Notes: generated by a model from the sequence alone, not told the origin. Shown: positions 44,137 through 54,835, numbered from the stretch's first letter. The stretch: 64,000 nt of DNA from Candidatus Nealsonbacteria bacterium (GCA_047456315.1 CP179889.1:128776-192775), one strand, 5' to 3'. Made by a program: numbers and translations.

Positions 44137-47100
44137 TTAGATACAGGCTACAGAAGCAACTTTATCATTTGGATTAAGCTTCATTATTCTAACCCCTTGG
44201 GTTGATCTTTTTTGTTTTGATATAGAGTCAACCTTAATTCTTATTACCTGGGCCTGGCGGGATATAGCAATTAAATCTTCTTCTTTTTGATTTAAAATCT
44301 TGGAGGCAATTAATTCACCAGTTTTTTTAGTAATATTTGCTGTTTTAATGCCTGTTCCTCCTCTTTTTTGAAGGCGATACTCTCTAATATCTGTTCTTTT
44401 TCCATAGCCATTCTCACTTACAACCAGCAAGTATTTTTTAACTTTCTTTTCTTTAGTTTCTTTTGCAATAACATCCATGCCTATTAATTCATCTCCTTTC
44501 TTTAATCTTATTCCTGTTACTCCAGCAGCTGGACGGCCCATTGACCTGATGTCTTTTTCTTTAAATCTTACGGACATTCCTTTTTTAGTAACTAGAATGA
44601 CTTCATCATCACCGCTGGTTTTGCAAACCTTTTCAAGTAAATCTCCTTTTCTTAAAGATATGGCTATTAATCCTGAACGTCTGACGTTTTTGAATTCACT
44701 AAGGCTAGTTTTTTTAACTATTCCTTTTTTAGTTGCCATTGCCAGATATTTTGCTTCTTCGCCGTTTTTGTCCTGCTTGTTTATTGGAATAATTGATAAA
44801 ACCTTGTCATGCCTTGATAATTCCAAGAAGTTTAAAAGACCGCGTCCTTTGGCAACCCTTGAACCTTTTGGAATTTCATAAACCAAAGTTTTAAACACTT
44901 TTCCTGAATCAGTGAAAAACAACAATTCATCATGAGTGTTGGCGATTAAGAAATGCTCAACAATATCATCGCTAACTGTTTTCATGCCAAGTATTCCTTT
45001 CCCGCCTCTTCTTTGAGTCTTATAGGCCTTGGGGTCAATTCTTTTAATATATCCTCCCTGGGTTAAAGTAATTATCGCCTCTTCTTTGGGAATTAAATCC
45101 TCTTCAGATATTTTATCTATCTTTGAGATAACAAGCTTTGTTCTTCTTTCATCTCCGAAGGTTTCTTTTGTCTGGCGCAGCTCTTTTTTAATAATAGTTT
45201 TAATTTTAGCCGGGCTTTTTAAAATAGCAGTCAATTCTTTTATTTTTTCAATCAGTTCTTTTAATTCCTCTTCAAGTCTTTTCCTTTCTAGTTTCGCCAA
45301 GGCTGATAATTTGGTATCTAAAATTGCATTTGTCTGGATTTCTGTTAATTTAAAACGCTTCATTAAATTTTTCTTGGCATCTTCTCTGTCTTTTGATTTT
45401 TTAATTGTTTCAATAACAGCATCAATCCTGGCAAGACATTTTTTAAGACCTTCTAAGATATGAGCGCGTTGCTTGGCTTTCTTCAGTTCATACTTTGCTC
45501 TTCTTGCAACCACTTCTTTTCTGTGGGCAATAAAGTAAGTTAAAATATCTAATAAGTTTAAAACTTTTGGCTGGGAGCCATCAACTAAAGCTAAAATATT
45601 TAAATGAAATGTACGCTGCAAGTCAGTAAACTTATAAAGCTGATTCAGAATTCTTTGAGCAATTACATCTCTTTGGAGCTCTATAACAATTCTCATTCCT
45701 TCTTTGTCTGATTCATCCCTTATATCTTTAATGCCCTCAATTCTTTTTTCTGAAACCAGTTTTGCTAGCTGTTCAAGCAGGTTTGATTTTTGAACTTGGA
45801 AAGGAATTTCAGTTATTAAAATTTGCAGTCTTTCTTTCTTGCTTTCTACTATTTCAGCTTTTCCACGAGTTAAAATTGGTCCTTTGCCCTGTGAGTAGGC
45901 CTCAATAATAGCCTTTTTGTCATACATAAACCCTCCTAAAGGAAAATCTGGACCTTTAATAAATTTAAATAAATCTATAGTATTTGATTTAGGATTGTCA
46001 ATTAAATAGATCAAAGCATCACAAACCTCATTTAAATTATGAGGTGGAATATTTGTTGCCATACCAACAGCAATACCCAGACAACCATTAAGTAAAAGCT
46101 GAGGCAGAGGTGAGGGCACAACCAAAGGTTCTTTTCTAGTTCCATCATAATTATCAACAAAATCAACAGTGTCTTTTGAAATGTCTTTTAACATTTCTTC
46201 TCCTTCTTTCGAGAGACGCATTTCGCTGTACCTCATGGCGGCATATTCAGATGGGTCGTCAATTGAATTATGGACAAAAATTCCAGCTGCCAAGGCGAAA
46301 TTATGCCATGTATCAATGGTCAAATCATAAACATCTTCTCTCTTAGAAAAAATCTTGGTTTTTACTACTTTATGATTACGTTTTTGAGCTTCCACTAAAA
46401 TCTCTGAAAAATTATCGAAATAACTTAAAGCATTCTCTATTTTAGGAACACCGTTATTAATTCTTTCTTTTTCATACGTCTCAGGATTAACTTTTGAATG
46501 TTTATTTAAAAGAGCGTAAACAAATCTTAAAATCTTAGTTTTTATAACTTTTTCTTTGTAAGCGGGATCTCGCCATTTTTTATGCAAAGAAGCCTTAGCT
46601 TTCTGGATTAGTTCTTTCATCAGGGCAGGATTTTCTTTTAAGCGACGATAATTAGAGGAAGTGACTCCAGTTATAATTTTTTTTCTAAATTCTGGATTTT
46701 GCCACTGAGCGCGAGCTTTTTCCCTGTGAAGTTCTCGAATCTTCGGATCTTTCCACATTTCTTTTGCCATTTTCTTAAAATAGTCCTTAGAATACTTTGC
46801 TTGATGTTCAGGATTTTGCCACATTTTTTTTAGCGCATCTTTGACTTTCTGCCGGTAATCAGAATTTTTCCATAGTTTTTTGGAAATCTTGCTTTGTCTA
46901 ATTCGCAATAAAGGATTATTATATTTTTCTTTCATTAATCTGGACATATGTTCCCGATATTCTGGATTTTGCCACATTTTAAGAGCGCTTTCTCTCAATT
47001 CTTTAATCTTACAAGCCCGATATTCTTTATCCTGCCATCTTCTCTTCATCTCTACTGATTTTAAACAACTCAATAATTTTTGGAAACTTTTCTTTTCCCA

Positions 47101-48240
47101 TAATTTTTTAAGGTTTTTACTTGAAGCTTTTCTCATAAAATCTTTATATTCTGGGTCCTTCCACATCTTTCTCCTTGCTTCTGTCCAGACCATTCTATAT
47201 TTTGGATCTTTCCACATTTTTTTATTCATTTCAGCTCTTTCTTGAGCACGAAGCTCTCTGTTTTCTTTTTTAGACCACCATTTTTTTCTTCCCTCAGCAA
47301 GTTTTTTTACATAATCAGGATTATTATGTCTTTGAGAGGCAATCTTTTTATGATAATTCCAATGATCTTTCCACTGAATCCTTAAAATATTATCGGGGTT
47401 GTTGTTTAATTTATTAAAATCTTTATGATGCCTTATTCTGCCCGCCTTTTTTTCATAAATTCCGTTTTCAAGATTCCATTCATCGGCTAAACGATGAACA
47501 AATTCCCATTTTTCCATTACCGGCTGACGTATTATTTCGTAACCTTTTAAGTTTTTGTCTTCTTTGCCATCGTAAAGTTTTGCATACAACGGCATTAAAG
47601 AGTCGCCTGGTTTTAAAAACCTGGCTTCTTTGTAGTTTCCATTTCTCAACATGAATCGGTGGTCTAGCGTACACTTAATCTTCTCTCCATTATCTAAGGT
47701 AACTTCTATTATCTCTTCGTTTTTTCTGGTTAATTTTGGATTTTTGATTTCAGCAATTTCAATTTTTTTAGCTTTAGAGTTAAAAGCAAACGTCCAGTGT
47801 CTTTTTCCTTTAACCTTTTCTTTTATTAGTTCTCCAAAAGTTAAGCTTCTGCCATCGCAAAGCTTTACTTTAGTGTCTTTTGTAAAACAACCCATATTCC
47901 CTTGACCTTGGATTAAAGGATATCTTAAGGAAAAATCCTGTGCCATTCTTACGGCTGCTCCATAAACCGCTTGATCTGAATGGGGATGATAACGACCCAG
48001 GGTTGAACCAACAACAGTGGCTGATTTCCTGAATTTTGCATTGTGGCGCAATCCATCTTCAAGCATTACATAAAGAATTCTTCTTTGAACTGGTTTTAAT
48101 CCATCTCTTACATCAGGCAAGGCACGTGAAATTATCACTGACATTGCATAGTCAATGTATGACTCCTTCATTTCTTCAACAATTTCTCTTGGTTGAACAG
48201 TTCCAATAGATGTATTTTTATCTTTTTTATCTTTTTCCAT
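44137..48240 (-). CDS. gyrA: DNA gyrase subunit A, interrupted by a 541-aa intein
   Basis: 1367 aa. The exteins total 826 aa: '..[35 protein letters not shown]' | intein | '[18 protein letters not shown]..'. The C-terminal beta-pinwheel region is present. Confidence 0.95.
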   Translation of the reverse strand: MEKDKKDKNTSIGTVQPREIVEEMKESYIDYAMSVIISRALPDVRDGLKPVQRRILYVMLEDGLRHNAKFRKSATVVGSTLGRYHPHSDQAVYGAAVRMAQDFSLRYPLIQGQGNMGCFTKDTKVKLCDGRSLTFGELIKEKVKGKRHWTFAFNSKAKKIEIAEIKNPKLTRKNEEIIEVTLDNGEKIKCTLDHRFMLRNGNYKEARFLKPGDSLMPLYAKLYDGKEDKNLKGYEIIRQPVMEKWEFVHRLADEWNLENGIYEKKAGRIRHHKDFNKLNNNPDNILRIQWKDHWNYHKKIASQRHNNPDYVKKLAEGRKKWWSKKENRELRAQERAEMNKKMWKDPKYRMVWTEARRKMWKDPEYKDFMRKASSKNLKKLWEKKSFQKLLSCLKSVEMKRRWQDKEYRACKIKELRESALKMWQNPEYREHMSRLMKEKYNNPLLRIRQSKISKKLWKNSDYRQKVKDALKKMWQNPEHQAKYSKDYFKKMAKEMWKDPKIRELHREKARAQWQNPEFRKKIITGVTSSNYRRLKENPALMKELIQKAKASLHKKWRDPAYKEKVIKTKILRFVYALLNKHSKVNPETYEKERINNGVPKIENALSYFDNFSEILVEAQKRNHKVVKTKIFSKREDVYDLTIDTWHNFALAAGIFVHNSIDDPSEYAAMRYSEMRLSKEGEEMLKDISKDTVDFVDNYDGTRKEPLVVPSPLPQLLLNGCLGIAVGMATNIPPHNLNEVCDALIYLIDNPKSNTIDLFKFIKGPDFPLGGFMYDKKAIIEAYSQGKGPILTRGKAEIVESKKERLQILITEIPFQVQKSNLLEQLAKLVSEKRIEGIKDIRDESDKEGMRIVIELQRDVIAQRILNQLYKFTDLQRTFHLNILALVDGSQPKVLNLLDILTYFIAHRKEVVARRAKYELKKAKQRAHILEGLKKCLARIDAVIETIKKSKDREDAKKNLMKRFKLTEIQTNAILDTKLSALAKLERKRLEEELKELIEKIKELTAILKSPAKIKTIIKKELRQTKETFGDERRTKLVISKIDKISEEDLIPKEEAIITLTQGGYIKRIDPKAYKTQRRGGKGILGMKTVSDDIVEHFLIANTHDELLFFTDSGKVFKTLVYEIPKGSRVAKGRGLLNFLELSRHDKVLSIIPINKQDKNGEEAKYLAMATKKGIVKKTSLSEFKNVRRSGLIAISLRKGDLLEKVCKTSGDDEVILVTKKGMSVRFKEKDIRSMGRPAAGVTGIRLKKGDELIGMDVIAKETKEKKVKKYLLVVSENGYGKRTDIREYRLQKRGGTGIKTANITKKTGELIASKILNQKEEDLIAISRQAQVIRIKVDSISKQKRSTQGVRIMKLNPNDKVASVACI
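46267..47889 (-). mobile_element. Intein in gyrA (Hint domain + HNH endonuclease motif + tandem basic repeats)
   Basis: Cys1 '[13 protein letters not shown]' (block A), 'TLDHRF' (block B), and C-terminal '[22 protein letters not shown]|S' (blocks F/G). HNH-like '[28 protein letters not shown]'. I checked the boundaries codon by codon. Confidence 0.9.
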
Positions 48241-48243
48241 TTA

Positions 48244-48969
48244 TTAATTAGAAACTTCTTCTAAATTATTTAAGGCATTATTTAAATGCTTTGGCAGTTT
48301 TGATTTAAATTCTTTTTCACTGCCATCTGGTATTTTAATTTTTAAAATGCTCGCGTGTAAAAATTGTCGTTTTAAGCCGTTTGGTTCAACCTGGTTTTTA
48401 AAGCCATACATTTTATCTCCGCAGACTGGATGATTTAAGTACTGAAAATGTGCTCTTATCTGGTGCTTTCTACCGGTTTTGATTTCAACTTCAACTAAAG
48501 TATATTTATTTTTCTTTTTATCAATAAACCTTTTCAAGACATTATAATTTGTAACTGCCTGTCTTTTATTTTCTGCCCCTGGTTCAAAAGGTAGATATAC
48601 TTTTTGTTTTTTTCTATCTTTTAATCCACGACCAATTAAAGTATCAATAACTCCCTTTTCTTTTTTAACTTCACCATTAACTAAAGCAATATACTTTTTA
48701 ATAACTTTCCTTTGCTGAAATTGCTTTTGTAAAAAAAACAAAGTTTCGTTATTTTTAGCCACTAACAATAATCCTGAGGTGTCTTTGTCTAATCTGTGAA
48801 CTATTCCATATCTTGGGGCTTCACCAACATTTTTCAAATTCTGATATTTTTTAACAAGCAAATCAATTAATGTTTTTTCATCTGTTTTATCTTCTCTAAA
48901 AACTATTATTCCTGCTGGTTTATCAGCTACTAATAAATTTTTATCTTCAAAAACAATATTGATTTTCAT
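48244..48969 (-). CDS. RluA-family pseudouridine synthase
   Basis: 241 aa with 'VADKPAGIIV' and the catalytic 'HRLDKDTSGLLLVAK'. The ATG begins 1 nt after the tRNA-Val 3' end. Confidence 0.88.
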   Translation of the reverse strand: MKINIVFEDKNLLVADKPAGIIVFREDKTDEKTLIDLLVKKYQNLKNVGEAPRYGIVHRLDKDTSGLLLVAKNNETLFFLQKQFQQRKVIKKYIALVNGEVKKEKGVIDTLIGRGLKDRKKQKVYLPFEPGAENKRQAVTNYNVLKRFIDKKKNKYTLVEVEIKTGRKHQIRAHFQYLNHPVCGDKMYGFKNQVEPNGLKRQFLHASILKIKIPDGSEKEFKSKLPKHLNNALNNLEEVSN

Positions 48970-48970
48970 G

Positions 48971-49044
48971 TGGGCGATATAGGACTTGAACCTATGACCT
49001 TCACAATGTCAATGTGACGCGCTAGCCAACTGCGCCAATCGCCC
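48971..49044 (-). tRNA. tRNA-Val (anticodon GAC)
   Basis: Acceptor GGGCGAT/ATCGCCC, anticodon arm TCACA-TTGACAT-TGTGA, T arm ATAGG-TTCAAGT-CCTAT. Confidence 0.9.
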
Positions 49045-49048
49045 TATG

Positions 49049-49120
49049 TGGGCATGCCAGGGATCGAACCTGGGACTTCTACTTTATAAGAGTAGCGTTC
49101 TGCCACTGAACTACATGCCC
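49049..49120 (-). tRNA. tRNA-Ile (anticodon TAT)
   Basis: All four stems are perfect: acceptor GGGCATG/CATGCCC, D GTTC/GAAC, anticodon arm CTACT-CTTATAA-AGTAG, T CCAGG-TTCGATC-CCTGG. Confidence 0.85.
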
Positions 49121-49129
49121 GCCACAAGA

Positions 49130-51037
49130 CTACACGCGTTTAACGCTTACTTTTATCTGCTTTCCTTTTTTTGCTTTTGTTTTTAAAACTTTTATCTTTC
49201 TTGAATTTTTCTTTCCAATCAAGCTTTCAAATTCCTCTTTTTCAATAATTTCTTTATCAATCAAAGTTTTAGCAATCTTATCAAGCAATCTTTTTCTTTT
49301 TATTAAAATTTTCTTGGCCTTGCTTTCAGCTTCTTTTATAAACCTACTAACTTCTTTGTCAATTGATGCAGCTACTTGTTCAGAATAATTTCTCTGTTCG
49401 CCCAGTTCTTTTCCTAAAAATATCAGTTCTTCTTTCTCGCCAAATGATATTGGACCCAAAGAACTCATGCCATATCTTTTGACAAGTTTTCTTGCCAAAT
49501 CAGATGCTTTTTTTAAATCATTTGAAGCTCCGGTTGTAATATCTTTAAATTTTAATTTTTCAGCAACATATCCTCCAAGAAGTGTTGACATTTCTGATAA
49601 AAACTCGCTCTTTGTTTTCATTCTCTTGTCTTTTCCCGGCATTTGCAGGGTGTAGCCAGCTGCCATTCCTCTGGCAATAATTGAAATCTTTCTTATTGGT
49701 TCAGTATTTGGTAAAGACGCAGATACTAGAGCATGACCTGCTTCATGATAAGCAGCAATTGCTTTTTCTTCTTTGTTTAAAATATGGCTTTTCCTTTCTG
49801 GTCCTAACAGCACTTTTTCTATTGATTCTAAAACTTCTGTTTGATAAACCTGATTTTTATCTCTTCTGGCAGCTAATATTGCAGCCTCGTTCATAATATT
49901 TGCTAAATCAGCTCCAGAAAATCCAGGAGTTCTCTCAGCAACTTCTCTTAGTTTTACATCAGGAGCTAATGGTTTTTCTCTTGCATGAATCTTTAAAATC
50001 TGTTCTCTGTCATTTATATCAGGCAGGTCTAAAACTATTCTTCTGTCAAACCTGCCTGGACGAAGCAGGGCTGGATCTAAAATATCAGGTCTGTTAGTAG
50101 CTGCAAGAACGATTCTTGTGTCATTTCTTTCAAAACCATCCATTTCAACCAGAATTTGATTTAAGGTCTGTTCTCTTTCATCATGTCCCCCTCCAATCCC
50201 AGCTCCTCTCATCCTGCCGACAGCGTCAAGTTCATCAATAAAAATTATTGATGTCCCGGCTTTTTTGGCAGTATTAAATAAATCCCTTACTCTGCTTGCA
50301 CCCACACCTACAAACAATTCTACAAAAGTTGAACCAGATGTGTGGAAAAAAGGAACATTGGCTTCTCCTGCCACTGCCCGGGCCAGTAATGTTTTTCCAA
50401 CTCCAGCTGGACCTAACAATAAAACTCCTCTTGGAATTCTGGCTCCCATTTTCAAAAACTTTTTTGGATATTTTAAAAAGTCAACAACCTCCTTTAATTC
50501 TTCTTTTGCCTCTTTTAGCCCTGCAACATCTCGAAAAGTTGTTTTATTCTTTTTATGGCCTTCAGCCCCGAATAACCTGGCCCTTGCTTTTGTAAAATCA
50601 AAAGCCTGCATAGAACCAGCTTTACTTTGTTTGAACATTGACCAGAAAAAGAAAACTAGAATTAAAACTGGAACAACTGAGAAAAGAAGGGGTGCTAACC
50701 AAGCCCAAGTGCCACCAGCGCCTTTTGTTTCAACCTCAATTTTTGCTAACTTTTCCTTTTCTATTCCGTAATTAAGCAATGACTGAGAGAGGCTGGATTC
50801 ATCTTCTTTGCGCGAGGTTGCTCTTGAATCATCCTGAAAAATAATATCAAGGTCATTCCCAGCAACAGTTATTTTTTTAATCTGCCCTTCATTGATTTCA
50901 TTGGCTAATTGAGAAAATGAGAGCTTTTCAATTTCGCCAAAAGGCTGATAAAACAAACTAAAAACTGCTGAGATAAGTAAAAAAATTAACAAAATTGTTA
51001 TGAAATTTTTAGCCAAATTTTTCATTTTAACAAACAA
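49130..51037 (-). CDS. ftsH: ATP-dependent zinc metalloprotease FtsH
   Basis: 635 aa with two TM helices, Walker A '[11 protein letters not shown]', 'IIFIDELDA', SRH, and the zinc motif 'HEAGHAL'. The start may be ATG 51025. Confidence 0.95.
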   Translation of the reverse strand: MFVKMKNLAKNFITILLIFLLISAVFSLFYQPFGEIEKLSFSQLANEINEGQIKKITVAGNDLDIIFQDDSRATSRKEDESSLSQSLLNYGIEKEKLAKIEVETKGAGGTWAWLAPLLFSVVPVLILVFFFWSMFKQSKAGSMQAFDFTKARARLFGAEGHKKNKTTFRDVAGLKEAKEELKEVVDFLKYPKKFLKMGARIPRGVLLLGPAGVGKTLLARAVAGEANVPFFHTSGSTFVELFVGVGASRVRDLFNTAKKAGTSIIFIDELDAVGRMRGAGIGGGHDEREQTLNQILVEMDGFERNDTRIVLAATNRPDILDPALLRPGRFDRRIVLDLPDINDREQILKIHAREKPLAPDVKLREVAERTPGFSGADLANIMNEAAILAARRDKNQVYQTEVLESIEKVLLGPERKSHILNKEEKAIAAYHEAGHALVSASLPNTEPIRKISIIARGMAAGYTLQMPGKDKRMKTKSEFLSEMSTLLGGYVAEKLKFKDITTGASNDLKKASDLARKLVKRYGMSSLGPISFGEKEELIFLGKELGEQRNYSEQVAASIDKEVSRFIKEAESKAKKILIKRKRLLDKIAKTLIDKEIIEKEEFESLIGKKNSRKIKVLKTKAKKGKQIKVSVKRV

Positions 51038-51039
51038 AC

Positions 51040-52110
51040 TTATTCTTTGATGAGCTTCAAGCTCATTCTATGCTCTTTTTCTTCTATTGAGAGAATCTTA
51101 AATTTATATTTTTTGCCCTCCTCTAAAACATCTTCCATGTTTTCATTTCCAAATTCAGAAATATGACAAAGACCTTGAATCTCTTTGTCTAGTTTCACAA
51201 AAGCTCCAAAAGGATTGAGTTTTGCAACTTTGCCCATAACAACATCTTCTTTCTTATACTTATCACCAATACCTTTCCAGGGGTCTTTTTTCAATGCTTT
51301 TAAGGAAAGCCAAACCCTGTTGCTTGAGATTTCAATAATCTTTACTTTAATCTTGTCTCCTGTTTTTACAACCTCTGCTGGGTCATTAATAATTTTCCAA
51401 TCAAGCTCAGAAATATGGACCAATCCTTCGATTTGCTCAGCTTTCTTTTTAACTGATAAAGGAAATCTGATAAAAGCGCCAAAATCAGTAACTCCTGTAA
51501 TCTCTCCTTTAACTGTATCACCTACCTTATATTTCTTTAACCTTTCTTTTATTTTTTCCAAATCTTTTGCTTTTTCTGATAAAATAATCTGTCCTTTTTT
51601 CTCAAATAAATCAAGAACTTTAACTTCCATTTCCTGACCCACGAATTTCTGGAGTTCTTGAAGAATCTTTATTCTTTCTCCTCCTTCTACTTTTGGATAA
51701 TTTTCATTTGACAATTGGGAAACAGGCAAGAAAGCAGAGACACCTGAAATCTCAGCTGTTAATCCGCCTTTATTTGCTCCAAGAATTTTAACCTTTATTA
51801 ATTCACCATCTTCTTTGTTTTTCTTAAGCTCCTCAAAAGTCATTTCCCTTGAAGCTTTGCTCATGGATAATTCAATAAAGCCATCCTCTGTTTCTAGGTC
51901 AGTTACTTTGGAAAAGACCTTATCGCCAATTTTGAGTTTTTTTAACTGATATTTGGCATCATAGAATTCTTTACCATAAACCACCCCAGTTCCAACTGGT
52001 CCCAGATCAACGAAAACAGAAGACCTTCCTTTTCCAACAATTGTTCCTTCAACCACTTCACCAACCCTTATTGGCCTTAGTAGTTCATTTTGTTCTAATA
52101 ATTGTTTCAT
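51040..52110 (-). CDS. rpsA: 30S ribosomal protein S1 (four S1 domains)
   Basis: Repeated S1 motifs ('GEVVEGTIV..', 'G..V.GKV..', 'GAFIRF', 'GAFVKL..GLCHISE'). ATG 52110 ('MKQLLEQ') is preferred; the track start is 52146. Confidence 0.8.
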   Translation of the reverse strand: MKQLLEQNELLRPIRVGEVVEGTIVGKGRSSVFVDLGPVGTGVVYGKEFYDAKYQLKKLKIGDKVFSKVTDLETEDGFIELSMSKASREMTFEELKKNKEDGELIKVKILGANKGGLTAEISGVSAFLPVSQLSNENYPKVEGGERIKILQELQKFVGQEMEVKVLDLFEKKGQIILSEKAKDLEKIKERLKKYKVGDTVKGEITGVTDFGAFIRFPLSVKKKAEQIEGLVHISELDWKIINDPAEVVKTGDKIKVKIIEISSNRVWLSLKALKKDPWKGIGDKYKKEDVVMGKVAKLNPFGAFVKLDKEIQGLCHISEFGNENMEDVLEEGKKYKFKILSIEEKEHRMSLKLIKE

Positions 52111-52253
52111 GGATAAATGGGCAATATTTAAGGTCCTGAAATACAAAATACTTCAGGCTCTTAAATAAGCATAACTTTAGTTTACACATTTTATTGATTT
52201 TTTCAATAGTTATGATATAGATATTAATATAACTAATTTCATTAAATTATTCC

Positions 52254-52907
52254 ATGAATATAGTTTGGCATGGTCATTCTTTGTTTCAAATAACGACCAA
52301 TCCCCAGAAGAATAGTGCAGTTAAAATAGTGATTGATCCTTATGATAAAAGCATAGGATTAAGAGTTCCAAAGCTTGAAGCTGATATATTGCTGGTTACT
52401 CATCAGCATTATGACCACAATAATATTAAAGCTGTATCAGGAAATCCTTTTTTAATTGAAAATCCTGGGGAGTATGATGTAAAGAATGTTTTTATTGAAG
52501 GGATTGCTAGTTTTCATGATGAAGAACAGGGCAAGGCACGGGGTGATAATATTATCTATGTTATTGAAAGCGAGGATATAAGGGTTTGTCATCTAGGAGA
52601 CTTCGGTCAGAAAGAATTAACGCAAGAGCAGCTGGAAAAGATTGGTGATGTTGATGTTTTAATGATTCCAGTAGGCGGCACTTATACAATTTCAGCTCAG
52701 GAAGCAGGCAAGATAATGTCCCAGCTTGAACCCCACATTACAATTCCCATGCACTATGCTCTGCCAAACTTAAAAATTAAGCTAGAGCCAATCAGCAAAT
52801 TTTTAAAAGCATTTGGATTAAAATCATTACCACCCCTTAAGAAACTATCAATTAAAAAGAAGGATATATCATCTGATGAAGCAAAAATAATTATTTTAGA
52901 AAAATGA
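52254..52907 (+). CDS. MBL-fold metal-dependent hydrolase (UPF0173-like)
   Basis: 217 aa with 'WHGHSLFQI', 'LLVTHQHYDHNN' and 'HLGDFG'. Confidence 0.8.
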   Translation: MNIVWHGHSLFQITTNPQKNSAVKIVIDPYDKSIGLRVPKLEADILLVTHQHYDHNNIKAVSGNPFLIENPGEYDVKNVFIEGIASFHDEEQGKARGDNIIYVIESEDIRVCHLGDFGQKELTQEQLEKIGDVDVLMIPVGGTYTISAQEAGKIMSQLEPHITIPMHYALPNLKIKLEPISKFLKAFGLKSLPPLKKLSIKKKDISSDEAKIIILEK

Positions 52908-53431
52908 AACAAATAAAAGAAATAATACAACCATTTTTAAAGAAAAAAATTCCTGATGTTCGGCCTGGTGATACAGTAAAGGTTTATCAAAGATTCAAGG
53001 AAACCTCTAAAAAGAGGAAAGAAGCTAAAGATAAGATTCAGGTTTTTGAAGGCATAGTTATTGCCAGAAGACATGGAAAAGAAATTGGAGCAACAATTAT
53101 AGTAAGAAAAGTAATTGGTGGTGTTGGAGTTGAAAGAATCTTTCCACTGCATTTACCAACAATTGAGAAAATAGAAATCTTAAGAAGAAGTAAAACAAGA
53201 AGAGCAAAGCTTTATTTCTTAAGAACAGCCAAAGGTAAAAGAGCCAGATTAAAGAAAAAAGAGTTTATTGAGGCAATAGTAGAAGAAGAACCAAAACAAG
53301 AAATAAAAACAGAAGAAAAGACTGAAGTTTCAGAAAAAACTGAAGAAGTTAAAAAAGGAACAGAAGAGAAAATTTTAACTGAAGAAAAAGCAGAAAAAAG
53401 AGAGACTGAAATAAAATCAGAAGAAAAATAA
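52904..53431 (+). CDS. rplS: 50S ribosomal protein L19 with Lys/Glu-rich C-terminal extension
   Basis: 'IPDVRPGDTVKVYQRF', 'QVFEGIVIARRHGKEIGATIIVRKVIGGVGVERIFPLHLP' and 'RRAKLYFLR', followed by an E/K-rich tail of about 55 aa. Confidence 0.9.
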   Translation: MKQIKEIIQPFLKKKIPDVRPGDTVKVYQRFKETSKKRKEAKDKIQVFEGIVIARRHGKEIGATIIVRKVIGGVGVERIFPLHLPTIEKIEILRRSKTRRAKLYFLRTAKGKRARLKKKEFIEAIVEEEPKQEIKTEEKTEVSEKTEEVKKGTEEKILTEEKAEKRETEIKSEEK

Positions 53432-53445
53432 CTACTTAAATTCAT

Positions 53446-53529
53446 GCCCAGGTGATGAAATTGGTAAACATGCCACCTTGAGGTGGTGGTGGGGGCAACT
53501 CCTTGTGGGTTCGAGTCCCACTCTGGGCA
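53446..53529 (+). tRNA. tRNA-Leu (anticodon GAG)
   Basis: Acceptor GCCCAGG/TCTGGGC (one G-U pair), anticodon arm CCACC-TTGAGGT-GGTGG, a long variable arm, T arm GTGGG-TTCGAGT-CCCAC. Confidence 0.88.
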
Positions 53530-53535
53530 CAATTT

Positions 53536-53609
53536 GGGCACTTGGCGCAGTTGGCTAGCGCGTCGCGCTTACATCGCGAAGGTCGGGGGTTCAAATCCCT
53601 CAGTGCCCA
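53536..53609 (+). tRNA. tRNA-Val (anticodon TAC)
   Basis: Acceptor GGGCACT/AGTGCCC, anticodon arm TCGCG-CTTACAT-CGCGA, T arm GGGGG-TTCAAAT-CCCTC. Confidence 0.9.
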
Positions 53610-53611
53610 CA

Positions 53612-53640
53612 GAAAAAAGAGCCTTGTAGAGCTCTTTTTT
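53612..53640. terminator. Bidirectional terminator
   Basis: AAAAAAGAGC-cttgtaga-GCTCTTTTTT, between the tRNAs (+) and the convergent CDS (-). Confidence 0.65.
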
Positions 53641-53654
53641 AGATATTAAAAAAT

Positions 53655-54653
53655 CTAAACTCTATTTAATTTCTCCAAAATTCTCTTACAAACTTTTTTA
53701 TTAACAGGAGTTTCAATCCTTACTTCTTTTCCAAGCCTAACTACTCCTCCATTGTAATAATCAATTTCATCTAAATCTTTTAATTTTCCCGTTCTTCCTT
53801 TGCTAATAATATTAGCTAAAACATTTCTAAAAACTACTAGAACAAATTCAGGCATTAAAGAAAATAAAGAAGATAATAATTTAACTGGATAATTTGAAAA
53901 ATTAAGAAATTTGCCGTTAGATTTTTCAACAACTTCAATATATTCTTTTAAAGCTCTTAATTCCTCCTTAAATATTTCCTTATTCTTAAAACCATCTTTA
54001 ACTGATAGATTATGCGAAGCGCTTGCCATTCCAATTAAATTTAAAAATAACTTTGAGAATTCTAAATTTTTTGTATGTTTTTGAGGAAACTCTTTAACCT
54101 TAAACCCAGCCTTTCTGAAAATTTCAATAAGTCCTTTAATGTCTGTTTGGCCCTGCGCTTTTGAAATAGCAAGCCGTATTGGCAAAGAATATTTAATGTA
54201 TGTGTTATTATTTTTCTTTTGGTCTATTGGATTAAATAAAACACACCTGATTATTTTAATTTTACTTGCTTGTTCTTTAAATATTTCTTCAAGAGCTTTT
54301 TTTGAATCTTCTAATGCCTTTATACCATTTTGAGAAAGGAAAAGATCAGGTATTTTTTTACCTTTAAATTTCTCAAAATAGTATTTTATTACAGGAGCAA
54401 CTGGGTTCTTTGTTGCTAGAAAAATAATGTCTGGAGTTAAGTCTGCTTTAAAATCAGTATCTTTTATAACTTTAACATTAAACAATTCAGGCTTTTTATC
54501 TTTTTTTTGAACAAAGAGCCCTTTTTGTTTTATTGTTTCTATATCTGTTTCCTTTCCCACACCTAAAACATTAGCAAAGTTCTCTAGTTCATGGGCAAAC
54601 ATTGTTCCTGTTCTTCCCCCAATACCAATAATAATTATTTTAATCTTGTTCAT
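53655..54653 (-). CDS. NAD(P)-binding oxidoreductase, ketopantoate-reductase (ApbA/PanE)-like
   Basis: 332 aa with an N-terminal Rossmann 'KIIIIGIGGRTG'. The family call rests only on length and layout. Confidence 0.35.
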   Translation of the reverse strand: MNKIKIIIIGIGGRTGTMFAHELENFANVLGVGKETDIETIKQKGLFVQKKDKKPELFNVKVIKDTDFKADLTPDIIFLATKNPVAPVIKYYFEKFKGKKIPDLFLSQNGIKALEDSKKALEEIFKEQASKIKIIRCVLFNPIDQKKNNNTYIKYSLPIRLAISKAQGQTDIKGLIEIFRKAGFKVKEFPQKHTKNLEFSKLFLNLIGMASASHNLSVKDGFKNKEIFKEELRALKEYIEVVEKSNGKFLNFSNYPVKLLSSLFSLMPEFVLVVFRNVLANIISKGRTGKLKDLDEIDYYNGGVVRLGKEVRIETPVNKKVCKRILEKLNRV

Positions 54654-54749
54654 GCTTAATAAAGTATATCATTGTTTTAACTCTAAATAAATTGATTTTA
54701 GCTTGATTTTATGATAAATTTAAACATGTTTTTGTTTGATATTACCACT

Positions 54750-54835
54750 GGAGAGGTGCGTCGAACTGGCAAGACACAGGTTTCGAAAACCTGAGCCTAT
54801 TTATAGGTTTGTGGGTTCGAGTCCCACCCTCTCCG
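54750..54835 (+). tRNA. tRNA-Ser (anticodon CGA)
   Basis: Acceptor GGAGAGG/CCTCTCC, anticodon arm CAGGT-TTCGAAA-ACCTG, a long variable arm, T arm GTGGG-TTCGAGT-CCCAC. Confidence 0.9.
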
